From the NCBI RefSeq assembly GCF_009914755.1, contig NC_060927.1: 64,000 nt of DNA. The stretch is one strand, 5' to 3'. The notes under the pieces were generated by a model. The model saw nothing but the letters and a program-made list of their open reading frames with translations, had not been told where the DNA came from and searched no databases. Origin of the DNA: the human T2T-CHM13v2.0 reference genome, Homo sapiens. Positions 27,141-38,478 of the stretch are shown piece by piece. Each line of letters opens with the position of its first letter. The first letter of the stretch is position 1. Made by a program: the position numbers and the translations under genes.

Positions 27141-27307
27141 AGCAATATAAACTTTGAAACCTGGAAATATATTCTTTCTCATTTACAAATGCATCAGAGG
27201 AGATATAAACTCCCTTTCTCTTGGTTATGAGTAAGGGGTCAAGACACATGGGAGCAGAAAAGTTTCAAAACTAAGTGCTTGTGTAGATCTTTCCTTATCT
27301 GAAACCT
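27141..27307 (+). repeat. ~165-bp local direct duplication, copy 2
   Basis: See copy 1 at 24625-24789. Confidence 0.85.
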
Positions 27308-27946
27308 GTATTCTTCCAACAGTACAAAGCCTTGTTCCAGGCATGAAAAGAACTAACATACTGGTCACATTTCCAGTGATTCCAGTAATCATCAGAGTCA
27401 GTGCTAAGGACAAAAGAAAATAAGTTATATTATTTCTTTCTTATGCAGATACTCTGCACATTTATTTATATTTGTATTTTTATTTATTATTCTTACATGA
27501 ATTGGGAAACTGGGACAATTAGGAAATAACAAGTAATAAAGCTACAGGGAAACTCCTAAACTCTTCTTGAACATACTCCCTCAAAAGAAGGTGTAAGATT
27601 AATTTAAACTCTTACATCCTGGGAAAAGGATTAACCTAGCATACCAGAACAAGAGGGAAATGGAATGATCTTGAACTTTTCTTAAAGTAAAGCACTTATC
27701 TTCTTTAGGATTCTCAGAAGAACTCAGGATTCTGTGAAAATCTGACTACAGAATGACAAGGAAGAAACATTACTTTGTGTGACTATGTTTTCAATACAGA
27801 TGGCTAGAGAACACCAAAGGTACCTTTCAGAAGGGAGAGCTAGGAACCCTACTAACAAGTGACAAAAAAGAAACCAAATATTGGTTAGGGATGGAGGAAG
27901 TGATAGCTGTGTAGCAGCCAGGACATCCTGAGGCTTATTCAAGTTA

Positions 27947-28338
<392 letters not shown>

Positions 28339-28647
28339 TCAAAGGTAAAAGAAAATGAAAGGAGTTGGACATGAAAGGTCTCCATTTGGTCGTCGATATC
28401 AGGAAACACTACCGAAAATGATGAAATTGTATCACTTCAATCCTGAGTGAAATACACATGAATTTTGGGAACAACTTATTCCAGAGAGAATCCCACCTTC
28501 AACCTAATGGGAAGGAAGTAGGAAGTAATTCCACCACTGAGTAAAAGTTCAAAGCCTCAAAGTTTTACTTTGCGTTTACTGTGGGTTTTGGCTTGAGGAT
28601 CTCAGCATAAAAGCAGCTCTCTATCTCTTTGACAGGCAAAAACTCAA

Positions 28648-29022
28648 CTAAGAGGAACAATGACATACAGAGAGAACTATAAAACTAAACACAAAGGAAA
28701 GCTCTATCAATTTCAAGTGGCTACACGTTTTGCTGAGGCTCAACTCTGGTTTTGCCGGGCCAGGTCTCAGGACCTCAGCATCACCTCCTGCCTCAGCCTG
28801 GTTGTTACCCTTTCTTCTGGGAGGCTTCTGCTTCCTAGACCTTGAGAAGGTCTGGCAGACACAGCTTAGGAAACTGCCAAAGCAGAGTGGTGGTGATGCC
28901 AAGGATGTCACTGCAGGAGAAGAGGGCCTGGGCTTCTGAGCCACCGAGAGCTCACAGGACTGGATCTGACATTCCTGATGCATCACACCGGAACCCTCTT
29001 CCTGCAGATACTGTAATCTGTC
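28648..29022 (-). CDS. putative last coding exon of uncharacterised 199-aa protein (124 aa + stop)
   Basis: Acceptor TTTATTTCTTTTACTTACAG|GAC at 29023/29022. Reads [19 protein letters not shown]...VCHCSS*, in frame with ORF 28648-28986 and in phase with the upstream donor. Confidence 0.6.
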   Translation of the reverse strand, partial: DRLQYLQEEGSGVMHQECQIQSCELSVAQKPRPSSPAVTSLASPPLCFGSFLSCVCQTFSRSRKQKPPRRKGNNQAEAGGDAEVLRPGPAKPELSLSKTCSHLKLIELSFVFSFIVLSVCHCSS

Positions 29023-29046
29023 CTGTAAGTAAAAGAAATAAATTAA

Positions 29047-29411
<365 letters not shown>

Positions 29412-29556
29412 GCCAAATCTTTTATGTTCTATCTGGGACCAGTGACCCCAGTTTGTTTCTCAAGCTCCATACCCCCAATTCTTCCTACTCCAGGTGAAGA
29501 GCTGTCACTATTTTTCTTACGGAAGAGTGACAATCCCAGGATTTTGCCACCCCTAC

Positions 29557-29781
29557 CTCATGGAGAAGGTCAGGAGTATCTTCCTGGGCACTGAGTAGAG
29601 TTGGCTTTTTGTCTACAGCCTCATCTTCTTCACTTTGTGGTGGTGTTGAAGGTGTTGGAGGAACAGGGGAGCACTGGGCCTCCATTTTCTCCTTCCTCCT
29701 TCTTTTTGTCCTTGTGGCCTTCTTATGATGCCTATACTTTTTGAGGAGTGGGTCTAGCTTTCTCCTCTGGACTGGAAGCAT
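29557..29781 (-). CDS. putative first coding segment of uncharacterised 199-aa protein (75 aa)
   Basis: CCCGCCATGC Kozak context at 29781. Reads [32 protein letters not shown]...DTPDLLHE. Phase-0 donor GAG|GTAGGG at 29557/29556. Confidence 0.6.
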
Positions 29782-30249
29782 GGCGGGATCATGTGAAACC
29801 TCAGCCACACGACTCTCTGGTGTCCCCTCCAATGGCTCTTTTGATGATTTCACACTTCTTTTCAGAGGGTCTTTTTCCCATAGATGAAATCTCTCTTCTG
29901 TATCCTGAGCATCTGCTGATGTGTGATGTGCTCAAGTCATCGAGAACATGTCTTGGGATAGAGATTGGAGATTCCCTATCTTTTTCATTGATGAATTTTT
30001 TTTTGACCCACTATGGTGACCCCAGCCAGCTTTGCAGGAACAAGGAGCTCACAACACAAGGACCAAGAGTCAAATGCTGAAGAAAGTAGTTAGTACAGTG
30101 AATCTTTCAAGTGATGTATCCTTAGCTATCATAGATACAAAAGATGTACTGATCTCAGATTTCTCCTCTGGATTTACTAAAGGAGTTCAATTACCTCCAG
30201 AAAGAGAGTCCTCAGGTTGTTCTTCTTGGCCTAAGAGATTTCACATTTC
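29782..30249 (-). pseudogene. upstream part of the same 693-bp exon: in-frame decayed coding sequence or 5'UTR
   Basis: Strong acceptor TTTCTCTCTCTTTTTAG|GAA at 30250/30249. The frame from the acceptor continues into the downstream ORF but has five TGA stops. Confidence 0.45.
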
Positions 30250-30384
30250 CTAAAAAGAGAGAGAAAGTCATTGAAGTACTTGCTCCATGGACAATGGAGT
30301 TCCTTCTAGTCACACATAACCACAGTTCACAAAAACTCTACCAAACATCATAAATTCCTAGGTAGTAATTATATTTAACAACTT

Positions 30385-30546
30385 ACCAGAATGTGTATCA
30401 GAATTATCCAGGGTGTTTGTGAAAATACTCATTTATAAGCTGTACCCCAGACCTACTTAGAATCTCGAAAGCTGGATATAAGGAATTTGCATTTTTTTCC
30501 TACTAATTCAGTTGATTTTTATGCATCCTAAAATTTGAAAACTACG
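30385..30546. mobile_element. MER5-type MITE remnant
   Basis: ATCAGAATTATCCAGGGTGTTTGTGAAAATAC...CCCCAGACCTACT...GAATTTGCATTTTT...AAATTTGAAAACTAC. Confidence 0.6.
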
Positions 30547-31042
30547 TCTTTAGAGGGACACTGAATCCAGTATTTTACAGGGCTATGAAGATGACTGTTA
30601 AAAAAATAAAATCTCACTTTCCCCTACAGATATTTCCCTAATGATGTCAGTCCATAATGATATTTCTCCTCTGAAATCTTTTAATCATTATCACTTAATT
30701 TGGTATGTTATCCTTTATTACATTCTATTTTAATTTAAGTTTGAAACCTTGTATGTATATCTTCTAACCAGATTATAAGTTTCTCAAAGGCAGGGATGCT
30801 CTTAGACTTAGTGTTCCACTCTGGTTTGCCAGTATTAGGAGCTTAGTAAACTGAATGAATATAAATATGAATAGGTTTACGTCCCAGTATAAAATGACTG
30901 ATGTGAGATGAGACTGCTCTGTAAGAAGAGTTCTAGAGTAACCATGTAAAGAGGACATGAGCCCTGGGAACAACCTAGTCCAACTCCCAAATTTTACAAA
31001 TGGGGAAGATGAGGCTCAAGTAAGACAGCGACTTGCCTAAAG

Positions 31043-31264
31043 ATGAGGTTGGCAAACTTTTTCTGTAAAGGGCCAGGCAGTAAATACTGGAGGCTCTGTG
31101 GGCCATATGGTACTATCAGAAGTATTCATCTCAGTATTGTAGCAAGAAAGCATTCGTAAACAATGAGTAAACAAACAGTCATAGCTATGCTCCAGTAAAA
31201 CTTTATTTTCCCAAACAGATGGTGGTCAAGATTTGGCCTGCAGGCTATAGTTTGACAACCTCTG
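31043..31264 (+). mobile_element. MER58A-like hAT MITE inserted in a MIR
   Basis: TIRs GAGGTTGGCAAACT / AGTTTGACAACCTC. 8-bp TSD GCCTAAAG / GCTTAAAG. MIR core sequence continues on both sides. Confidence 0.85.
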
Positions 31265-32679
31265 GCTTAAAGTCCTACAACTAGTTAGCCACAAAACTGA
31301 GATTAGAAGTCAAGTCACCTAACTCCCAGCAAGTTCTCTTTCTACAGAAGAGCAGAAGACTAGAATGAGAAAAGAATTTTTTTCAGTGAAAAGAAGGGCT
31401 GTCAAAGAAGAGGTCAAAATATGCCTGGGCAAATAATACTTCTATGCTCTCTGATGACCCTTAGTCATTTACACAACTAGTTAGCTAAATTCTGAAACTG
31501 GACAATTTTCAAACAAATTCATAGATTGGCCTTCAAAAGGGTGAGGGAGGGGAGTTAGGCTCCACATTTTCTATCACACTTGCCTAGAAAACCATGCTAT
31601 TTAGTCTCTTTTTAAGCAATAGAAAAGCCTACAGATAGATAATGGAAAATACTTTATTTGCTCATCTTTCGAAATTACTGTGACCTGTGAATATGGTTCC
31701 ACATTGCAGAGTCCAGGGATCAAAGTTTCAAGTAACTATCAGAGAAACATGGAAACTGAGATATGATTCCTAGGTTATTGAAGAAGCTAAAACTTTACTT
31801 CCTAAACCAAGATGCTCTTTAATAACAAAGGTAGTAAGAGTATTAAAGATTAAGTTCCCCAAAGTCTTGAGAGTATTTTTAAATTTGGGAATTTCTGAGA
31901 ACTTTGAAGTCCATCTTGAACTTTCTGTTCTATTTTTACTCCACCTCTAACGTGCTCCTCACCTGTCATTATTTTGCCTTCACATAGTAGATGCTGAACA
32001 AATATTTGTTGACTTATAAATTGAAGGATTAGTGAAAGAATGAATAAAACAAATGCTTTGAGAAAGTTCCTTGGCTCGTGGCTATAGAGAATAAAGCAGG
32101 ACTGGCAATTTCTGCCAGAGGATATTCAATGCTTTTTTGTTACCCTTCGGCGAAGCTAACAGTGCCTTCACATTGCAAATGTCAATGAAAGTTTCATGAA
32201 TGAATTAATACATTTGATGTAGGCCACTTAAGTTATAATTACCTGTCACAAAAGATGGTATCAAAAGAATTTATTTACTAATATATTAACATGAAATTCT
32301 TTATATTAGTAATTGGGTTTCATTTAATACTGCTGGGAAAGTTTGGTAAAATCTCTGAGAGGGAAAAAGCCCCATGTAATATGACAGAATGCTGGCCCAC
32401 CTTCTATCTGTTCCCTCTATCAAGAGCAACTATAGAGGCAGCAACTATAAGAGCATCAACCACAGAAGCCCCCAAACAGGTGGAGATAGGACTAAAAAAG
32501 GAGTAAACGTGACAAATTCAAGCCTCAAAAAGTCAACCTTGCTTCTCCATCACCTTAGAAATGGCCCTGAGTTAGGCTCACATCATGCTTCAAGTGTACT
32601 TTTACAAGGTTCTACTCTGAGTCTGGCCTCTGTTATCTGGAATCCACCCTCCATAAAAGAGCTAGAATGTATCTTTCTA

Positions 32680-33150
32680 AAAGAAATCTGATCATGTGAC
32701 TCCTCTGACTAAAGCTCTGCTCCCTACAGGTCCTTGATGATCTGATTCCATGCCATCTGTCCAACTTCAACTCCAACACTCACCCTCAGGTATCTTATGC
32801 TGCTGCAGAAACAGACTGCTTGCCATTTCCTGAGAGCACCATACTTCTTTAAACATTCATCCTTTTACCTGCCATGCCCCTGCCCCTCTTCACTACCTGG
32901 CCTACCTATATTACAATTTCTAAGAAAATTAGCTGACTTCCTCAGGCAGAAAAAAATTGATTTATATTCTTGCATAACATTCTGTCCCTAAAAAATACCA
33001 TTCGACTGAATTATAATAAGCTGTTTAACTATCTATCATCTTCAAAAGGCCTGGAGTTCCCTGAGGAACTCTCTAATTACTTTATCCCTAGCATCTCCAT
33101 GGTGCTTGGCACCAGGAGGGCATTCAGTCAATGTTTGTGGATTTCAAAAT
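32680..33150 (+). mobile_element. L2 LINE 3' remnant
   Basis: ATCTGATCATGTGACTCCTCTG ... CCCTAGCATCTCCATGGTGCTTGGCACCAGGAGGGCATTCAGTCAATGTTTG, an L2-like 3' end. Confidence 0.6.
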
Positions 33151-34463
33151 GCAAGTTTTTATAGACTGCCTCCCAGAACCTGGGCTCTAGGGGCCAATTC
33201 TCCCCTTTATCTGGGCCTCTTTCTGAGGAGGACAAAGCTGAACAGGTCTGGCTAGGTACTCAGAAAAGAGCTGCTCAGGTAGTGGTTAACACCACTCAGT
33301 CCAATTCTATTCTAGAAGCATTCTTCCACCCACATTCTTATTAGAATCATACGAATAAGGAATGCTACCTAAGGAGGTCCTTTGGTCATTCAGACCCCTG
33401 GCTCCCCTGCAGGTCCACTTCCTTCCTGCCTTATCAGATTTCTCTATATTCCTGGTAGACCCTCAGCATGCCGTGGCCATCCCTACCTCCCTATGCTGGT
33501 CCATGTGGAGCCTCCCTGAAATCTCAATGATCCCTGCGTTTTCAGTTTTTAACCCAGAATCAGCTGTCTCATCCCCAGAGAACAACACCCAGCATCTTCT
33601 GTTTGGTGTCCCTATCCTGAGGAACCTCTTCCCCTAGGACTAGATGTGCTGACATGCAAGAATGCTATTCAAACCACATGGATCTTTTACATAACAAGAT
33701 GCAAAAGAGGTTTGTACCACATGAATCTCACTGAGTCTGGAACACATAATTTCCCTGGATTTCACACATTAGAAATAATTGGGTGTATAAAACATATGAA
33801 TTCACATCACAATCTGAGTCCATTTGTCTCCCCAAACCTGTTTCACTTCAACTTTCTTTGTGAATAATTTTTTCCCCATTTTCACCTATTACCCTAGGCA
33901 AAGCTGAGAGGTTCACAGCCCTTAGATGAATTTGCTGCCTAAGCAGACTCAAAGCCAACTTAGAAGTCTTAAACAACAAATTTTTGGCCACTAAAGTTTT
34001 AAATGGTCCTGAAGTAGAGACTAGAGAAAAAATTCACTAATCATTATTGACAGTGAAGTGACTTTCCTTCTTTAATGGGAAAGAAATGATTGGCATGAAG
34101 CAACTTTGTTTCTCAGTGACTCGCTAGAGAATTAAATAACTGAAGCATCAAACAACAATTTTCTTTGAAGATGACCTTTTTCATATTAAATGAAAAGCTG
34201 AAGAGCTAGTCTCAAAGGAAAAGTAAATGAATAATCTGTGAGGGCAACTATTCCTTCCTGAGTAGACAGTTAAAAAAGAGAGAGAGAGAGAGAGAGAGGG
34301 AGACTAAAATATAATAGTAAACATCACAGACTGTTGCATTACAAATTAAGTGCATCTTCCATTTTCAGGGTAACACTGAGAGTCTACCACGAATCAGACA
34401 CTAGAATAGGAGCTCTTCAAGATGGTTATCAAAAAACTTAAACACTCATCAACATAATTTAAA

Positions 34464-35890
34464 TAGTTGTTTTCTAACGTAGCAGACATCAGGGTCACAT
34501 GGAGGGCTTTCAAAATACATCACTGGGCTCCATCCCTAGTGTTTCTGATTCTGTAGGTCTTGATCCAGGAGAATTTGCATTTCTTTTTGTTTGTTTGTTT
34601 TGTTTTTTTCTTTTACTTTAAGTTCTGGGATACATGTGTAGAACGTGCAAGTTTGTTATATAAGTATACATGTGCCATGGTGATTTGCTGCACCTATAGA
34701 CCCATCATCTAGGTTTTAAGCCCCGCATGCATTAGGTATTTGCCCTAATGCTCTCCCACACTTTGTCCTCCAACCTCCAACAGGCCCCAGTGTGTGATGT
34801 TTCCCTCCCTGTGTCCATGTGTTTTCATTGTTCAACTCCCACTTATGAGTGAGAACATGTGGTGTTTGGTTTTCTGTTCTTGTGTTAGTTTGCTGAGAAT
34901 GATGACTTCCAGCTTCATCCATGTCCCTGCAAAGGACATGATCGCATTCTTTTCTATGGCTGCATAGTATTCCATGGTTTATATATGCCACATTTTCTTT
35001 ATCCAGTCTATCACTGATGGGCATTTGGGATGGTTCAAAGTCTTTGTTATTGTAAATAGTGCTGCAATAAACATACGTGTACGTATGTCTTTATAGTAGA
35101 ATGATTTATAATCCTTTGGGTATATACCTAGTAATGGGATTGCTGGGTCAAATGGTATTTCTGCTTCTAGATCCTTGAGGAATTGCCACACTGTCTTCCA
35201 CAATGGTTGAACTAATTTACACTCCCACCAACAGTGTAAAGTGTTTCTATTTCTCCACAGCCTTGCCATCATCTATTGTTTCCTGACTTTTAATAATCAT
35301 CATTCTGACTGGCGTGAGATGGTATCTCATTGTGGTTTTGATTTGCATTTCTCTAATGACCAGTGATGATGAGCCATATGCAGAAAACAGAAACTGGACC
35401 CCTTCCTTACTCCTTATACAAAAATTAACTCAAGATGGATTGAAGACTTAAATGTAAAACCCAAAACCATAGAAACCCTGGAAGAAAACCTAGGCAATAC
35501 CATTCAGGACATAGGCATGGCCAAAGACTTCATGACTAAAACACCGAAAGCAATTGCAACAATAACCAACATTGACAAATGAGATCTAATTAAACTAAAG
35601 AGCTTCTGCACAGCAAAAGAAACTATCATCAGAGTGAAATGGCAACCTACAGAATGGGAGAAAATTTTTGCAATCTACCCATCTGATAAAGGTCTAATAT
35701 CTAGAATCTACAAGGTACTTAAACAAATTTACAAGAAAAAACAAACAACCCCATCAAAAAGTGGGTGAAGGATATGAACAGACACTTCTCGAAGACATGT
35801 AGGCAGCCAACAAAAATCTGAGAATTTGAATTTCTAACAAGTTCCTGGGTAATGCTACTGGTCTGCAGACTGCACTCTGAGAACAGCTGC
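34464..35890. mobile_element. MER5A split by an L1 insertion
   Basis: Left half to GAGAATTTGCATTTCT (34584). Right half resumes AACAAGTTCCTGGGTAATGCT...CTCTGAGAACAGCTG. Confidence 0.75.
34585..35819 (-). mobile_element. 5'-inverted (twin-primed) L1PA7/8-like insertion
   Basis: 3'UTR and ORF2 end on the minus strand (34585 to ~35374). The adjacent upstream ORF2 segment is on the plus strand (~35372-35817). 16-bp TSD GAGAATTTGCATTTCT / GAGAATTTGAATTTCT (34569-34584, 35820-35835). Confidence 0.92.
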
Positions 35891-37689
35891 AAGATGAGGC
35901 ACACTGACACAAAATAATTAAAAAAACAGGAATTTCTAACCACTTACAATGACCAAATGTGAGATGCATAGATTCTGAAATGATTATCTGGGGAATTGTA
36001 AACTCCAGCCATGCTGTCCACCATCTTGGGGCTTTTCAGAGAATATAGCCAAAGGCAATATGCCTGAAATGTGGGTACTTTTGACATTGGATTTGCCAAC
36101 AGGTCTTTTCTCCATGAGGACCTCAGCACCCAACATCTCCCCTCCCAGGTTCAACCTCAGACTAGTTACAAAGCTCCAAAATGCGAATGTCAATGAAGTT
36201 GTCTAACTATTTAAAGGCTAGGAATGCACATATAAAGCAGTCACAAAATAGTTTTACTTTTCTAAATAAAATAATTGAGTATCATCCTTTTGTTAAGTAC
36301 CTGCTCTTTACTAAAATTTCATGATCTCATTTTAAAACTTTACCCCTCTGGGCTAAAAATCAGTGCAGAAGATGAGATGCTATAACCTTTGATTTAGCCT
36401 AATAAAACAGTAACAAATAACATATTGAGTGGGTGGTTAAATCTGATAATATTTTGTGCTGAATTTTCTGTAGTAATTCAATTAAAAATCCTATTGGCCA
36501 GCCACCAGAAAGTATACAGATCACCAAAGTTTTATAGCATTCCATATTTATTCTTAAAATAGCCTATATTAATTTGGTGCCTTTACTTACTAACTTAAAT
36601 ACCTCAAGTAGAGTTTCTTCCAAATATAATTTAGAATAACCATTTATATTTGTGCTGTTTAAAAATCTCTGTTGGCTCATGCCACTGCAGTCCTTAAAAT
36701 TCCCATTAAAGAGAGAAAAAAACTAATTAGAAAGAGAATATATTACAAAAGCTGTATTAATATGACCCCCACAATATTTCTTAAAGCTTCTGAAGAACCA
36801 ATTTACTCTGGCTCCTCTATGCTTTCCTTCAATTAGTAGGGCCCCCAGAAAAGCAAAATTGCCACTCAAAGAAAGCTGAAGCCATTCAGAATCACTGAAT
36901 TGTTTGGTTGCATTTAATCCTGCCAGGGTTCCTAGCCAAGGAGTCAATGATCCTAGGCTCTCTTCATGCCTTTTCCAATGACAGCCTTGAAGCATTCCAG
37001 AAAACTTTAGCACTTCCTTTTTTAACCAAAAATTGCACATAACTCTCCCAAATTCTTAGTCTATAATTTCTCATAAAACTCTTTGAGATCCTCTTGTGAA
37101 GACAAATGGCAAGGATTATTGGACTTTAAATTGTGATCCTTCAATATTATATGCACTAGATCATAACTCTATGGCTTTGGTTCCCTCATAAAACTAAACC
37201 ACAGAGTCATTCTTTTCATTTCAAGCTTAACAGCACACAGGCCCATGGGTGAAGCAATATAAACACTCTGGAGTAATTTCTCAAAACCAAATCTCTTCTC
37301 AAAAACAGACTAGCAACTCAGTGGTGTGTAATCTCTCCTCTGAACCTGTGAAGTTTGTAGTTCTCAGGCCACCCAAGTAGAATAATGAGAATAATGTTCA
37401 TGTGTTAACGTGGGGCAGGCCTAAGAATTTTCTGTAATTACAGAACTGGGGGTTAGAACCAGTTCTACCATTCTGTTGCCCCAGATAAGTCACCAAGTCA
37501 GGTGATTCCTTTTGGGGGAGAAAAGTGAAGTCTCAGGTTTACAGATTTTTATTTTTTACCTTAGTTCACAGAATTTGTTTAATCGAAATCACTGGTTTAT
37601 GACACGCTCTGGCCATTGGTCCATGCATGGCCCTCTTTTTTAATTTATTACTTTAAATTGGCATTTTTAACACACATACTCTAAGGTAT

Positions 37690-37885
37690 ATAGCTGAGAA
37701 AAAATTTTGCAAAATATGCACTGAAGTATTCATATAAATGTTCATAGTTGTACTATTACAATAGCAAAAACCTGGAAAAAATCAGATGTCCATTGTCAGG
37801 ATACTGTAGTAGACTTTCACAGGGGAATAGTAAACAAGAGTCAAATGAATAAACTACAGCTATTCTCAACAATATGGAGTTATTT
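37690..37885 (+). mobile_element. old L1ME-type 3' fragment
   Basis: AATGTTCATAGTTGTACTATTACAATAGCAAAAACCTGGAAA...ATGAATAAACTACAGCTA. Confidence 0.6.
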
Positions 37886-38428
37886 AATGTTTCTGAGTCT
37901 CTGTTTTGACCTCCTAAATGAAGACAATATCATTTACCTTATTATTTTCTGAAAATAAAGCAGATACTGTAGGCAAAAACCCTTAGAAAATTATAACTAG
38001 TAAATGTTACTATAACTAGTTAATGTCACTTATTTTCCTCCATATTCCCGATCACTTCTCAGGTTGTACAAGAATAATCTGGAAACATCACACTAAAGAA
38101 GAGGAAAGCAGTATAATCTGGAGGACTCAAATTTAGAGTCACACCAAAGGGATCCAAATCCCTGATTCAGCAATTATTTTCTGTGTGAACTCAGGTAAAT
38201 TAACCTCTCCAAACCTCAGCTTTCCCTCATGTGAAGTAGGAATAAAATTAGTAACTATTTAATTGGACTTAAATGAAGTAACCCCAGTTCTTATTAGCAC
38301 ACTGCCTGATACACCATAATAAGTGCTCACATCAGTGATAGGGTTATATTAACAGGGATCCCTTTTACATTTGTCAAGTGAACAGAGTTGCTTTCCCCTG
38401 CCCTTACCTTCCCCTCAGTCTCAACACA

Positions 38429-38430
<2 letters not shown>

Positions 38431-38465
<35 letters not shown>

Positions 38466-38478
38466 CTCTCTCTCTCTC
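38431..38478. repeat. compound (AC)n(TC)n microsatellite
   Basis: Read directly from sequence. Confidence 0.95.

Noticed and set aside
28419-28540. Possible C/D-box snoRNA (ATGATGA ... CTGA)
   Set aside because: The first CTGA is too close to the C box and the later one has no terminal stem; no recognisable rRNA guide.
29932-30243. Selenoprotein-style TGA recoding of the five in-frame TGA codons
   Set aside because: No SECIS-like element recognised downstream and no redox-motif context. Mutational decay to TGA or chance is far simpler.
38403-38411. Isolated strong minus-strand donors (AAG|GTAAGG here; CAG|GTAAGT at 61465/61464)
   Set aside because: Such motifs occur many times by chance in 64 kb and the paired acceptors are weak.
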